Position numbers and translations under genes: made by a program. DNA of 64,000 bases from positions 1 to 64,000 of IMG/VR virus record IMGVR_UViG_3300044624_003554, one strand, 5' to 3'. A model generated the notes under the pieces. The model was not told the DNA's origin. It made no database searches and saw only the letters and a list, made by a program, of their open reading frames with translations. Of the stretch, positions 10,281 to 20,387 are shown in pieces. This DNA is from a virus (lineage: Duplodnaviria > Caudoviricetes). Within the stretch, counting starts at the first letter, position 1, and each line of letters opens with the position of its first letter.

Positions 10281-12182
10281 ATGGCTATTAATATCGATCA
10301 CACAAATTCGGCTATCATTACTCTTCGCGGACCTAGCAACGCAAGCGTAAATGATACAATTAACTTCGTATTCCCAAATACACAATCCTCAAGCGCAAGT
10401 CTTCTTCTATCTGGAGAAGCTGATATTTCTGCAATTTCTGGATTGGTTTCAGCTTTGGGACAAAAAGTAGAAAAAAGCGTAACTGGCTCTGCAGCAACCA
10501 AAAATTATGGAACAGCTGCTGGAGAAGTACCAATTCTCGATGCAGATGGAAAATTGGAAGGAGCTTTAATTCCTTCTATCGCTATCAGAGACACTTATCA
10601 AGTCGGCACATTGGCTGATGCAACCTCATTATCCAGTGCTTGCATTGGAGATTTGGCTATCGCAACAGGAGATCAAAAAAATTACATCCTTTGCTCTGCA
10701 GCTGCTGATGCATATCAAACTCAATCAAATTGGAAAGAAATTAAATTCCAAGAACAAACTGTATGCTGCGTCAACGGTTTAGATGGAGCAGTAACATTAG
10801 ACGGTTCAAATGTATGTTTGAGCGCAAATTCAGTAAATTATGTTGGACAAACGATCGACACTGCAATCGAAGATCTTTATATTGATAAAGCTGATAAATC
10901 ATGCTTAAATAGTTATGTCACTACAAGTGATTTAAGCACTTGTTTGGGAGATTATCCAACTTGCACTGTTGTAGATCAATGCTTGGCAAATTACACACAA
11001 TGCTGCGATTTCAATAGCTGCATTAGCAATTACATCACATCTTCTGATGTATCAACCTGCTTAACAAATTATGTATTAAAAACGGAAACTGGCAATGCTG
11101 CATGTTTAGATGTTGGAACAAGCGTTGGAAATGTTGTCGTAGTTCAAGGTGATGGAAAAATCTGCTATTCAATTCTTCCAACATTGGCAATCACTGATAC
11201 ATTCTTGATTGACGCTGCTGGAGATTTAACAGGTTTAACTGCTGCTGAACAAGGCGATATCGCGATTGTTACTGGAGCTGTTAAAGCAAACTATATTCTC
11301 AAAGGAAATGATTATTCAACTGCTGGCGATTGGGTTCAACTCGCTACAACTTTCGGAGCAATTACTGGAGTTAATGGTTTAACTGGCGTAGATGGAAACG
11401 TAAATGTTGGAGTTGCTGACATTAACGTCGCATCCACTTCGACAATTTATGATGGCGGCACTCTCTTGGCAGCACTAACTGGAATTGATGGCAGAGTTGG
11501 CGTAATAGAAGGAGACTATCTCACGGAAGGTGAAGCTACAACCTTATTCGCTGATTATGTTTTGACTGGAACTGCTACTGGCATTTTCAATACAAAATCA
11601 GACAATGGTCATGGCCATGCTATTTCCGATGTAACTGGTTTGGGAGCATGCTTGAATTCAATCACCACTTTCTACACTGGTGCTGGTTCATATGCAGCAA
11701 CTCAAAATGCTTCAAATGCAGCAATGAATGAAGCTCTTGGAGACTACTCCGTAGCTTTAGGTTATGGAGCAAAAGCCGTTCAAGACTATGAAGTCGCTCA
11801 GGCTGCTGGATGGTTTAATGATGTCGGTGATGCTCAAGTAAGTAAAATTCCTGCAAAAGCTTCCACAACTTCTAGCTCATTAGAAACAGTCGCCTCAGTT
11901 CAAATGGAAGCGTCTTCAAACATCATGTTCTCTGCTACAATTATCGGTAGAGGAGCTTCTTCAAATTATGCAGCCTTCAAAGTTGAAGGTGCGGCTCAAA
12001 AATCTGCTGGTGGAACAGTCAGCATCTTAAATGCAACAAGCGTTAACACTTTTGAAGATAACGCTGGTGCATACACTGCAGATGCCTATGTAGACGGTTC
12101 TAATGGTATTGCATTTAAAGTTGAAGGTGACGCTGGAATGAAATGGGTATCTGATGTCAATGTTGTAAAAGTAAAAATCTAA
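10281..12182 (+). CDS. Tail fibre protein (paralog 1)
   Basis: Fibre-type repeats GTAAGEVPILDADGKL (x2) and HGHAISDVTGL; Ala/Gly/Thr-rich. Confidence 0.7.
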   Translation: MAINIDHTNSAIITLRGPSNASVNDTINFVFPNTQSSSASLLLSGEADISAISGLVSALGQKVEKSVTGSAATKNYGTAAGEVPILDADGKLEGALIPSIAIRDTYQVGTLADATSLSSACIGDLAIATGDQKNYILCSAAADAYQTQSNWKEIKFQEQTVCCVNGLDGAVTLDGSNVCLSANSVNYVGQTIDTAIEDLYIDKADKSCLNSYVTTSDLSTCLGDYPTCTVVDQCLANYTQCCDFNSCISNYITSSDVSTCLTNYVLKTETGNAACLDVGTSVGNVVVVQGDGKICYSILPTLAITDTFLIDAAGDLTGLTAAEQGDIAIVTGAVKANYILKGNDYSTAGDWVQLATTFGAITGVNGLTGVDGNVNVGVADINVASTSTIYDGGTLLAALTGIDGRVGVIEGDYLTEGEATTLFADYVLTGTATGIFNTKSDNGHGHAISDVTGLGACLNSITTFYTGAGSYAATQNASNAAMNEALGDYSVALGYGAKAVQDYEVAQAAGWFNDVGDAQVSKIPAKASTTSSSLETVASVQMEASSNIMFSATIIGRGASSNYAAFKVEGAAQKSAGGTVSILNATSVNTFEDNAGAYTADAYVDGSNGIAFKVEGDAGMKWVSDVNVVKVKI

Positions 12183-12220
12183 TTAAGTGGCATTATTAAT
12201 AAATTTAACTAAATAATAAT

Positions 12221-14458
12221 ATGGCATTTAATTTCGATCATACAGCTAGTGGTGACATGACTTTTGTCGGTGGTCACTCGGCTTTCGTAGGTGAATTCGC
12301 ATTCCCCAAGCCAGCAAATACAGCTCAAGAAGCAGTAGTGATGGTTGGTGGAGGTTTATTCGGCATTGAAGCAATTAGTGGCTTACAAGCATGTTTAGAT
12401 TCAAAAGTTCCTACTGGCGAATTTAAAAGTGTTGGATGCAAAAATGCAGAAAATTCTGCATGCAGCATTCCACTTCTTGTTAGCGATGGAATGGGTGGAG
12501 GTTTACTTGCAGTAAGCACTATACCAGCATCTATTCAAAACACTATATTCGTTTCGCCAACAGTAAACGGTTTAATAAACTTAACATCAGCAAATAAAGG
12601 AGACTTCGCAACAGTTACTGCAACTAGTTCTACTTATGTATTAACTGGTTCAGCATTTGGTGTCGCAGAAAACTGGCTTGAATTGCAAAATGCAGACTTA
12701 AGCATTCTTTCTGTAAATAATTATACTGGATGCGTTCAAATCAGCGGTAACGATCTTGTATTGACATCTGGTCAATACAATGGATGCACTGTTGATCAAG
12801 CATTAGATTGTCATTATGCATGCTTAGTAGATGATGTCAATGACTTGCAAGCATGCTATGTAACATATACTAGTTTCGACGCTCCTCTTGGAACACTTGG
12901 TTGCTACATGAAAACATGTGATTTCACAACCAATTGTTTGGATGTGGAGTTTTTAACCACTGGTTACGTTGATGCATGCTTAGGATATTACGAAACAACT
13001 GCATCATTTACTGGCACTGTTGCTACTTATGTTCCTTATAGTGAAGTTGATGAAGCGGCATATCGTAATACAGGTTTAGCTAGTGGCAATGTTGTAGTAG
13101 TAATTGATGTCGGAGGTAGTGGAGTTATTGATAAATCTTTAATTCCTAGCTATAACTACAATGATACGTTTGAGATTTCTTCTTCTGGAGAATTAGCTCA
13201 GTTATTGATTGATGAAATAATTCATCCTGGAGATTTTGCAATCAATACAGTCGAACCAGCAACGTACATTTATAAATCTGGTGAAGGTTGGGTTAAATTT
13301 GCAGATGATCAAGGCGCAATTTATTTCGTAAATGGTCATTCCGCAGATGGTTCCTCTACCGTAACTATTGACGCTTCTGACATTCATTATTGTCAATCAG
13401 AAAATACTCATTTAAATCAATGCATTACCGCAATTGTTACAGGTATTGATGCAATTGAATTAGATTATGAATCCTGTGTTCATTTCACTGGTGAAAGAGC
13501 GCATTATTCATTAACTTCAGTATTTGATAACATTGCTGCGACCAAATCAGTAACTGGTCATGGTCATGCAATGAGTGACATTTCTGGACTTGCTGGATGC
13601 ATTGATCCAATGAAAGCATTTGTTCAAGGCGATTTGATTAACCTTCAGTGCAGTTATTCATTGATGCTCGATCCTAATAGTGCAACTACAGTAAGTGGCG
13701 CATTAGTATTGGGTAAAAATGGAAAAGCTGAAAATCAACATTTCTCAGTAGTTAATTCTGCTGGATGCTTCGCTGAAAATGGAGATGCTCAAACCGTTAA
13801 GTTTGTTGGCAAAGGAAGCTTCACTAGCAATTCCTTTAACGATATAGCCCTTATTCCCGTAAATGAATTCACTGCAGCATTTGTTTCGGCTGAAGTTGTC
13901 GGCAGATCTTCTGACGATAGCGAAAGCGCAGCTTATTCTATTCAAGGTTTTTTTGCCAGAGAATCTGGTAATTTAAACAAAATAGGTTGTGAATCAGTCA
14001 CTACATTCGCTACAACTGATACTGGTTATGGAGTTGAATTCATTACAACCAATGATTACGATGTCCATCTTCGTGTCAAAGGTGACGCTTCTACTGAAAT
14101 GCATTGGGTCGCAAATGTTAATTATTTAAAATTAACAGATAGCTCAAACGCTGGTGGCGGTGGAGTTGGAGCGTACTTCTCTGGCGCTAATAATGCATGG
14201 TATACAGTTTCAAATAACTGGTTTACAAACTCTTCATTAACAAATCAAGCCTCTTCATTGCCAGACGCTAATACTAGCGTAGTAATGAATGGCGTAACTG
14301 GCGCATTGGTTGATCTAAGTAATCCTGCTTGGGTGCAACCTGCATCAATCGATACGACTGCGGTTACAGATAGCAACGGCATATGCTTTGTTTCTGGAAC
14401 ATTCAGTGGAACAATCTACGGAAATGCAACATTCTTGAATGGTTCATCTTTCGTATAA
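12221..14458 (+). CDS. Tail fibre protein (paralog 2)
   Basis: Same architecture as 10281..12182 (DHT N-terminus, GD(F/L)A repeats, HGHAMSDISGL) plus an extra C-terminal domain. Confidence 0.7.
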   Translation: MAFNFDHTASGDMTFVGGHSAFVGEFAFPKPANTAQEAVVMVGGGLFGIEAISGLQACLDSKVPTGEFKSVGCKNAENSACSIPLLVSDGMGGGLLAVSTIPASIQNTIFVSPTVNGLINLTSANKGDFATVTATSSTYVLTGSAFGVAENWLELQNADLSILSVNNYTGCVQISGNDLVLTSGQYNGCTVDQALDCHYACLVDDVNDLQACYVTYTSFDAPLGTLGCYMKTCDFTTNCLDVEFLTTGYVDACLGYYETTASFTGTVATYVPYSEVDEAAYRNTGLASGNVVVVIDVGGSGVIDKSLIPSYNYNDTFEISSSGELAQLLIDEIIHPGDFAINTVEPATYIYKSGEGWVKFADDQGAIYFVNGHSADGSSTVTIDASDIHYCQSENTHLNQCITAIVTGIDAIELDYESCVHFTGERAHYSLTSVFDNIAATKSVTGHGHAMSDISGLAGCIDPMKAFVQGDLINLQCSYSLMLDPNSATTVSGALVLGKNGKAENQHFSVVNSAGCFAENGDAQTVKFVGKGSFTSNSFNDIALIPVNEFTAAFVSAEVVGRSSDDSESAAYSIQGFFARESGNLNKIGCESVTTFATTDTGYGVEFITTNDYDVHLRVKGDASTEMHWVANVNYLKLTDSSNAGGGGVGAYFSGANNAWYTVSNNWFTNSSLTNQASSLPDANTSVVMNGVTGALVDLSNPAWVQPASIDTTAVTDSNGICFVSGTFSGTIYGNATFLNGSSFV

Positions 14459-14473
14459 CGTGTAACAATCAAC

Positions 14474-14520
14474 ATAGAGTCCCGTCTTTGGGCGGGACTC
14501 TATTTATTTTTTAACTTTTT
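14474..14520 (+). terminator. Intrinsic terminator
   Basis: ATAGAGTCCCGTC-TTTG-GGCGGGACTCTAT hairpin followed by a T-rich tract, 15 nt after stop 14458. Confidence 0.8.
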
Positions 14521-14538
14521 TAATTTATTATATAACAT

Positions 14539-16671
14539 ATGAGTCTTATAAGTGGTAACGCAATATTCGGTGGTGATGCAGTCAACTGCTCATCTAATTC
14601 AATTTCAGGTTTAGCCGCATTCTTTGGAACTGCGACTAATTCTGGTGACGTAACATCTGCAGTCTTTAATGATGGGGCTGTAAATTTTGGGTCAATAACT
14701 TCTGGTGTTTTTTTGGGTAGCGCAATTAATTCTGGTTCGGTAAGTGTTGCTGAATTTTTTGGAACTGCATCTAATGCGGGGTTTGTTGTTGAATCTGCAA
14801 GGTTTGCAGATACATCTTCTAATGTTGGAACTGTTTCTGGTTCAGCCATCTTCACAGATACTTCAATAAGTGATGGTGTTGTTGAAGGAGCTGTTCAGCT
14901 TGGAGTTAACGTGACAGAAGGTGAAAATCAAGCATTGACTGAAACTCCTACAGAATACACTCAAACAGATGGATTCTTTCCAAACGCGCATTATAGCAGT
15001 GGATCTAAAACTGCACCTACAGATTATGAAACAGTAGTTTACCAAGTTGGTGGTTTTTGGTACAAATATGACGGTAATGGAAACGGTTCATTAGCGTCTG
15101 GCAATTATAGCGATGGAACTTCAATGTTTACATTTGTTAATGGTATCAAGGGTGGTGCATATACTCCAAGCTATAATGTGTTAGGTTCGTATTACTACGT
15201 TGGAACGCTTACTAACGGCACAACCGTATTGTACAGTGATAACAACTTAACAATAGTTGCTTCCAACATCACTCCTTTTGTTGTTGCTGGTGTCGCTAGA
15301 TACAACACAGACGGCAGTGGAGTAGTAACGATAGAAAACATTGGAGTACTTAATGCGAATTACTACTACGCTGGAACGCTTACTAGCGGCACAAGCGTAT
15401 TGTACAGCGATAACGCATTAACAATATCCGCTCTTGACGTACCTCCTTTTATTGTTGCTGGTATCACTAGATACAGCACAAACGGCAGTGGAGTAGTAAC
15501 GATAGAAAATATTGAAACAATTAATTCGTATTACTACATTGGAACGCTTACTAGCGGCACAACCGTATTGTACAGTGATGACTCATTAACAGCAACTGCT
15601 AATGATATAAATCCTTTTGTTATTGCTGGTGTCGCTAGATACAGCACAAACGGCAGTGGAGTAGTAACGATAGAGAATATAGTTTCTGTTGCCTTTGGCG
15701 GTACTACTTATTATCACATTGGAACATTTGGTGATGGAACCGAATTACACACCACCGACGCCTTAAATGCTCTTGCTGTTTCTATAGGTCCAATTAATAT
15801 GGGAGATATTAGCGATCCAGTTGATGGATTAGATGATTCTTTCTCAACTAATGAATTGGGTATTGTGACTATTACTTACGGATCACAATCTTCTTCTGAA
15901 GTCAAATTACCTTATGCAGACGGGGCAGGAGGTGCTTCAGTTTCTTACTATTATGATTCACAAGATACTTTTGGAGCAGGCATTGCCCTATATACAGACA
16001 ACGAAAGAACAACACTTGCAAGTGACTTGTTTTTAGTCAATGAAGATGATGATACATTATACACTACAGATGGTTCTGGAGTATTATCTATACAGAGTAT
16101 ATCAAACACTTCATTAAATAATATTACGTATTATCACACTGGAACGTTTACTAGTGGTACAATATTATACGGCGAAAATGCTTTAACTTCAACTGTTAAT
16201 AATCTCTTTTATTATTATAACGATGCTGATGAAAATACTGATGCATTATACACGACAGATGGTACTGGAATATTATCTATACAAGAGGCATTTCAGGTTA
16301 CAATAAATGGCATTACATATCGCTATACTGGCACTCTTACAAGCGGTTCAACTGTATTGAGGGATAATATTACCTTTGATCCTGTTGGCGCTTTTAGTTA
16401 TGTAGATGTAAGCGCTAACAAATTATACGGAGCAAACAGTAGCGGGGAATATTATGAAGAAACTATATCAAGTATCACAATAGATACTAGTACATATTAT
16501 TATGTTGGAGCACTTGCTAATGGGACCATTTTATATAGTGAAAACAGCTTAAGTAACATTGCTAGTAGTTTTCCTAATGCAAATGCTGGAGATTTAAATA
16601 ATGATGGATTTAATGATTTAATATCCCACGATAGTATTAGTGGTATAACTATTACCTATGGTACAGAATAA
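14539..16671 (+). CDS. Repetitive fibre/adhesin-like virion protein
   Basis: N-terminal AxFxGxAxNxG beta-helix-like repeats, then ~56-aa YYYxGTLTSGTTVLYSD repeats. Confidence 0.65.
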   Translation: MSLISGNAIFGGDAVNCSSNSISGLAAFFGTATNSGDVTSAVFNDGAVNFGSITSGVFLGSAINSGSVSVAEFFGTASNAGFVVESARFADTSSNVGTVSGSAIFTDTSISDGVVEGAVQLGVNVTEGENQALTETPTEYTQTDGFFPNAHYSSGSKTAPTDYETVVYQVGGFWYKYDGNGNGSLASGNYSDGTSMFTFVNGIKGGAYTPSYNVLGSYYYVGTLTNGTTVLYSDNNLTIVASNITPFVVAGVARYNTDGSGVVTIENIGVLNANYYYAGTLTSGTSVLYSDNALTISALDVPPFIVAGITRYSTNGSGVVTIENIETINSYYYIGTLTSGTTVLYSDDSLTATANDINPFVIAGVARYSTNGSGVVTIENIVSVAFGGTTYYHIGTFGDGTELHTTDALNALAVSIGPINMGDISDPVDGLDDSFSTNELGIVTITYGSQSSSEVKLPYADGAGGASVSYYYDSQDTFGAGIALYTDNERTTLASDLFLVNEDDDTLYTTDGSGVLSIQSISNTSLNNITYYHTGTFTSGTILYGENALTSTVNNLFYYYNDADENTDALYTTDGTGILSIQEAFQVTINGITYRYTGTLTSGSTVLRDNITFDPVGAFSYVDVSANKLYGANSSGEYYEETISSITIDTSTYYYVGALANGTILYSENSLSNIASSFPNANAGDLNNDGFNDLISHDSISGITITYGTE
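15190..15700 (+). repeat. Three tandem ~170-nt coding repeats
   Basis: Units start at 15190, 15361, 15529; shared ggaacgcttact and ggcagtggagtagtaacgataga. Confidence 0.9.
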
Positions 16672-16693
16672 TAAAAAAATTAATTAATAAAAA

Positions 16694-16734
16694 CAAAAAA
16701 AACCGATGGTCCAATCCCATCGGTTTTTTGCTTT
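16694..16734. terminator. Bidirectional intrinsic terminator
   Basis: AAAAAACCGATGG-TCCAATC-CCATCGGTTTTTT between convergent genes. Confidence 0.85.
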
Positions 16735-16750
16735 AAAAAATTAAGCTTAA

Positions 16751-17626
16751 TTAAAAAGCCTTAATGATTTCATTAAGATCAAAAACATCTGGCGTGGCAT
16801 AAGGATAATCATGCATCCTATGCCCAGAGAAATCATACTCTTCAAGATAACCTTCAACTGGTGGAGTTGAAGTTGTTGTTTTTAGTTTGGAATCTGGGAA
16901 AATATTTTTGTTGTTCTTGTAGCCAAAGACTACTGGCTTATTGGTGATCCAGCATACTGAAGACTGTTTGCCAAAGGCAGCAGCAGCGTGCTGCATAAAG
17001 CTATCGATACCCAATCTAGCTTGACTGTTCAAAATAAGACCGAACAAGTCCCTAAATGGAGCATGAATATGCTGAACATTCTGCAACTTAATCTGATCGT
17101 CTCTACAGATTTGCAGGATGTGGTACTTTTGGCTTAAAACGTTCGCTATGGCTTGCGCTTGGTGTGGTGGGATATCCCTATTCCAACTGTACTGAACGTC
17201 CTTAGAACCACCGCCAAAGGGCTGGAAGATCATTACTGGTTTGTTGTTTGGGGCTTGAAACTTTGTTTTGTTAATCTCTAATGGATTTAAGAACAAATCT
17301 GGCTTAATCCCGTCAAATTTTACGCCAAGATTTTCGCACCACGCTTCTGTTAAATGAACATTTTTCTTGAAGTAGCCTTTGGAAAGATAGGGTTCATCAA
17401 TCATGAAGATTGTATCGTCACCCTTTACAAAATCCTCATAGAAGTAGGGGGCCATTCCAACCCTATAAAACCTATGCACATTTGGATTGCCAATAAAGAC
17501 TTCTGGATATCCAGATAAAACGATCAAATTATAATCTGGATGAGCTTTTTTAATGGCTCTGCATACTGCTGTTGCCATGATTGACTTTCCAATGCCGCCG
17601 TTTACTTGAAAAATAATGTTCTTCAT
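16751..17626 (-). CDS. Glycosyltransferase, GT9-like
   Basis: GGIGKSIMATAVCRAIKK and RLGIDSFMQHAAAAFG motifs. Confidence 0.75.
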   Translation of the reverse strand: MKNIIFQVNGGIGKSIMATAVCRAIKKAHPDYNLIVLSGYPEVFIGNPNVHRFYRVGMAPYFYEDFVKGDDTIFMIDEPYLSKGYFKKNVHLTEAWCENLGVKFDGIKPDLFLNPLEINKTKFQAPNNKPVMIFQPFGGGSKDVQYSWNRDIPPHQAQAIANVLSQKYHILQICRDDQIKLQNVQHIHAPFRDLFGLILNSQARLGIDSFMQHAAAAFGKQSSVCWITNKPVVFGYKNNKNIFPDSKLKTTTSTPPVEGYLEEYDFSGHRMHDYPYATPDVFDLNEIIKAF

Positions 17627-17649
17627 TTATGAATATAATAAAATATAAT

Positions 17650-17655
17650 GTGTAA
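17650..17655 (+). promoter_or_regulatory. GTGTAA upstream motif (preceded by TATAAT)
   Basis: 8 nt before ATG 17664. Confidence 0.5.
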
Positions 17656-17663
17656 AAATAAAC

Positions 17664-17837
17664 ATGGATCAAATACCAGATAGTGTAAAAGTTATAGGCG
17701 CTAATGCAGTAGCTTTAGGAGCGTCTTTTACCTCTTTGGAAAATGGATTAAGGTTAGCTGGCTTAACTGCGGCTTTTTTATACACTATGCTTAAGATAGT
17801 GCATTTAATAAAAAACTGGAAAAATAAGGAAGAATAA
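17664..17837 (+). CDS. Small membrane protein, holin-like (57 aa; not in ORF track)
   Basis: MDQIPDSVKVIGANAVALGASFTSLENGLRLAGLTAAFLYTMLKIVHLIKNWKNKEE; hydrophobic segments, charged C-terminus; TAATG overlap with the next gene. Confidence 0.6.
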   Translation: MDQIPDSVKVIGANAVALGASFTSLENGLRLAGLTAAFLYTMLKIVHLIKNWKNKEE

Positions 17838-19942
17838 TGGCTAATTTTATTTTAGGTAATACCACGGGCGAAATATGCTGCGAAATACAGCAATCTTACA
17901 TGAGGCTGACTGGCAATTATGTTGGTCCTTTATGTACTTCTAATTTTAGCACATCTGGATTTTTAATCAAAGATGCAAATGATAATTCTGGCATATATGT
18001 AGCTAATTGCGCAATTCAAACTTGTAAAAATAAAATTGAATACACTGATGCAAATTCCACAAATCCAGCTCATTTAATTTTACCAGCAAATAAATGTTTT
18101 TATATTTCTGGAAATAATTCTCTCTATTCATTTTCTGATAGTGATATTTTTTCTATTGGTAGTGGATTTTATTCAGCTTTTGAGGGACTCCAATCATTTT
18201 CTTCGTCACCATCAGTTACTTTAATTCCCAAAACTGCAGCAATTAATAATGCATTTAGATCTTTAAATTCTTTTTGCGAAGTTCAATTTTATATATGTCA
18301 ATCAGATAATTCTGGAATTTGTTTGAGTGGATCTAACGCATTTAGATTTGACAACTTGGATAAGCAAGGCGTTTATTACATAAGTGGCAATTCAACTTCA
18401 GTTAGTGGCCTTCCATTAAGTAGTTATTCTTTTGCAAATTATGGGAATTCGTATTTTAATGCAGCTTCATTATTTAGTGGCAATATAAATTTAGCTGGAA
18501 CTGGTTGTTTTAATGCCCCCGATATTGGATTAGATGTTGATACAAAATCGATCTTTAAAAAAGATTCTATATTTTCTGGAAATATTATCTTAACTGGAGG
18601 TTATAATTTATTTTCAGATGGTGCATTTTATTTTACAACTGGAATATTTCCAAGTATAAGTGGAACTGGAGATATTATTTTTAATAATTCTTTTTTTAAT
18701 AATGTTGAAGCTAACTCAGTAAGTGGAACTGGCACATCTTATTTTAATTGCGCTGAAATTTTGGAATTATATGTAGGTAATGGATATTTTAATTGTATTC
18801 GTCCAGCTGTAGAAAATGATTATTTAATAATATCTGGATATTCTAATTTGCATTTATGTGGAAGTTTTTTTTGTAATTTTGGATCATTTTTTAATAATGG
18901 AAATTTTACAAATACTGGTAATGGAAATTTTTACAATATATGTACAACTGGTTTAAGTACATCTAGAAATGTATTTTCTGGATGCATGTTTGTAAGTAAT
19001 GATATTTGTAATTCTGGATTTATTTGTTCTTGGGGAAGTGTTTCTGGTCTTAATTTTTTAACAACTGGTTTAATAAGTGGAGCAAACATAAGTGGAACTA
19101 ATATAAGTGGACAGACTTTCACTCAATTAAATGGTTCTACAATTACTTGTTTTGCATCTTCTGGATTACACATTGGAACTCTTTGTACTGGTTATGTTAA
19201 AGCCGTAAATACAGCAAAAGCTTGGGGGGTATTTTCTTTAAAAGATGGAGTTCCCACATTGTTGACTGGTTACAATGCATGTAGCATCACAATTCCAATA
19301 ACTGGAATTGCCGCATCTGGAAATCCAGGCAGTCTAAAATATTTTCCAACAGGAAATTTGGTATCTGGTCAATGGAATTATCCATACGTAATGTATGGAA
19401 TTGCTTTAAATGAATTAGTCAAAGCTCCCTTTACTTTTAACTTGCAATTTCATCCTGTTAGTTGTTTTGATACTTTTTCAAATGTAACAACTGGCTATGG
19501 CACTCATGCTACAAATTTTTCTGGATATCAAAGAACTGGTTGGTTTGCAACAAGTCCTACGGTAAGTGGATTTGGTTATTATTCTGGAAGTAGTGGAAAT
19601 GTGGCTGGCGCGGCTAGTACGCCTTTTGCAAGTGGTGTAATTTCAACTGGAGTTGGCGGTAGCGGATTGGCGACTGCTTGGGGTCCACTTGGACCATATT
19701 ATTGCTCGATGCAAGCTCCATTATTTTCTACATTAGTTAATTGTGCTGGAAAAAATACTTTTTCACCAACTACTGGTAATTATAGCACTGGAGATTTTTC
19801 TAAAATAGCTTTGGGATCTAGTTACGGAGAAATTATTTTTAGTTTACTTCCTGCATCTGTAGCATTGCAAAATAGAGAGTATTATAAAATTGAGAATAAT
19901 GCATTAAATGGCACTGGAACTTTTGTAATATTTGGATATTAA
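17837..19942 (+). CDS. Ser/Gly/Asn-rich tail fibre-like protein
   Basis: 701 aa, recurrent SG/TG motifs, followed by a chaperone-like gene. Confidence 0.6.
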   Translation: MANFILGNTTGEICCEIQQSYMRLTGNYVGPLCTSNFSTSGFLIKDANDNSGIYVANCAIQTCKNKIEYTDANSTNPAHLILPANKCFYISGNNSLYSFSDSDIFSIGSGFYSAFEGLQSFSSSPSVTLIPKTAAINNAFRSLNSFCEVQFYICQSDNSGICLSGSNAFRFDNLDKQGVYYISGNSTSVSGLPLSSYSFANYGNSYFNAASLFSGNINLAGTGCFNAPDIGLDVDTKSIFKKDSIFSGNIILTGGYNLFSDGAFYFTTGIFPSISGTGDIIFNNSFFNNVEANSVSGTGTSYFNCAEILELYVGNGYFNCIRPAVENDYLIISGYSNLHLCGSFFCNFGSFFNNGNFTNTGNGNFYNICTTGLSTSRNVFSGCMFVSNDICNSGFICSWGSVSGLNFLTTGLISGANISGTNISGQTFTQLNGSTITCFASSGLHIGTLCTGYVKAVNTAKAWGVFSLKDGVPTLLTGYNACSITIPITGIAASGNPGSLKYFPTGNLVSGQWNYPYVMYGIALNELVKAPFTFNLQFHPVSCFDTFSNVTTGYGTHATNFSGYQRTGWFATSPTVSGFGYYSGSSGNVAGAASTPFASGVISTGVGGSGLATAWGPLGPYYCSMQAPLFSTLVNCAGKNTFSPTTGNYSTGDFSKIALGSSYGEIIFSLLPASVALQNREYYKIENNALNGTGTFVIFGY

Positions 19943-19943
19943 T

Positions 19944-20387
19944 ATGTTCACTTTGTATTGTAATACGATTTACGGCTTAACAATTAATTTTTTTGAAACA
20001 TCGGAGCAGTGCAATGATTTTGCAAAAAAAATAAATCCATTAGCGTACAAAATAATAGAAACAGAAAATCAATTGCCAATGCATTTCTTTCCAGCGTTTT
20101 ATTGGAACGAAGAAAAACAAGGTCCAGATATTGATATTCTTTCAGCAATAGAATTAAAAAAAGAAGAATTAAGATCAATTAGAAAGCCACTTCTTGAGAA
20201 ATTGGATGTTTTATTTGTTAAAAGTCTGGAATTTGACGATAAAGAAAAAAAATCTAAAATAGTTAAATATAAAAATGATTTGAGAAATATAACGCTTGGT
20301 TTTTTTCCATCAGATCCTTATTTATTAATTTATTTTTATCCAAATATTCTTAATGAAATTGCGCTATTTATTCAAGATCAATTCTGA
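19944..20387 (+). CDS. Tail fibre assembly chaperone-like protein
   Basis: LRSIRKPLLEKLDV...KYKNDLRNIT resembles the Tfa C-terminus; directly after a fibre gene. Confidence 0.6.
   Translation: MFTLYCNTIYGLTINFFETSEQCNDFAKKINPLAYKIIETENQLPMHFFPAFYWNEEKQGPDIDILSAIELKKEELRSIRKPLLEKLDVLFVKSLEFDDKEKKSKIVKYKNDLRNITLGFFPSDPYLLIYFYPNILNEIALFIQDQF

Noticed and set aside
14460-14465. GTGTAA copy directly before the 14474 terminator
   Set aside because: Points into a terminator rather than a start codon, so it was not counted as a promoter; may be chance.
14520-14855. Antisense 111-aa ORF
   Set aside because: Shadow of the Gly/Ala/Ser-rich repeat region on the opposite strand; no independent expression signals.
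15190-15700. DGR template/variable repeat pair
   Set aside because: Differences between repeat units are not restricted to adenines, all units lie within one ORF, and no reverse transcriptase is present in the window.
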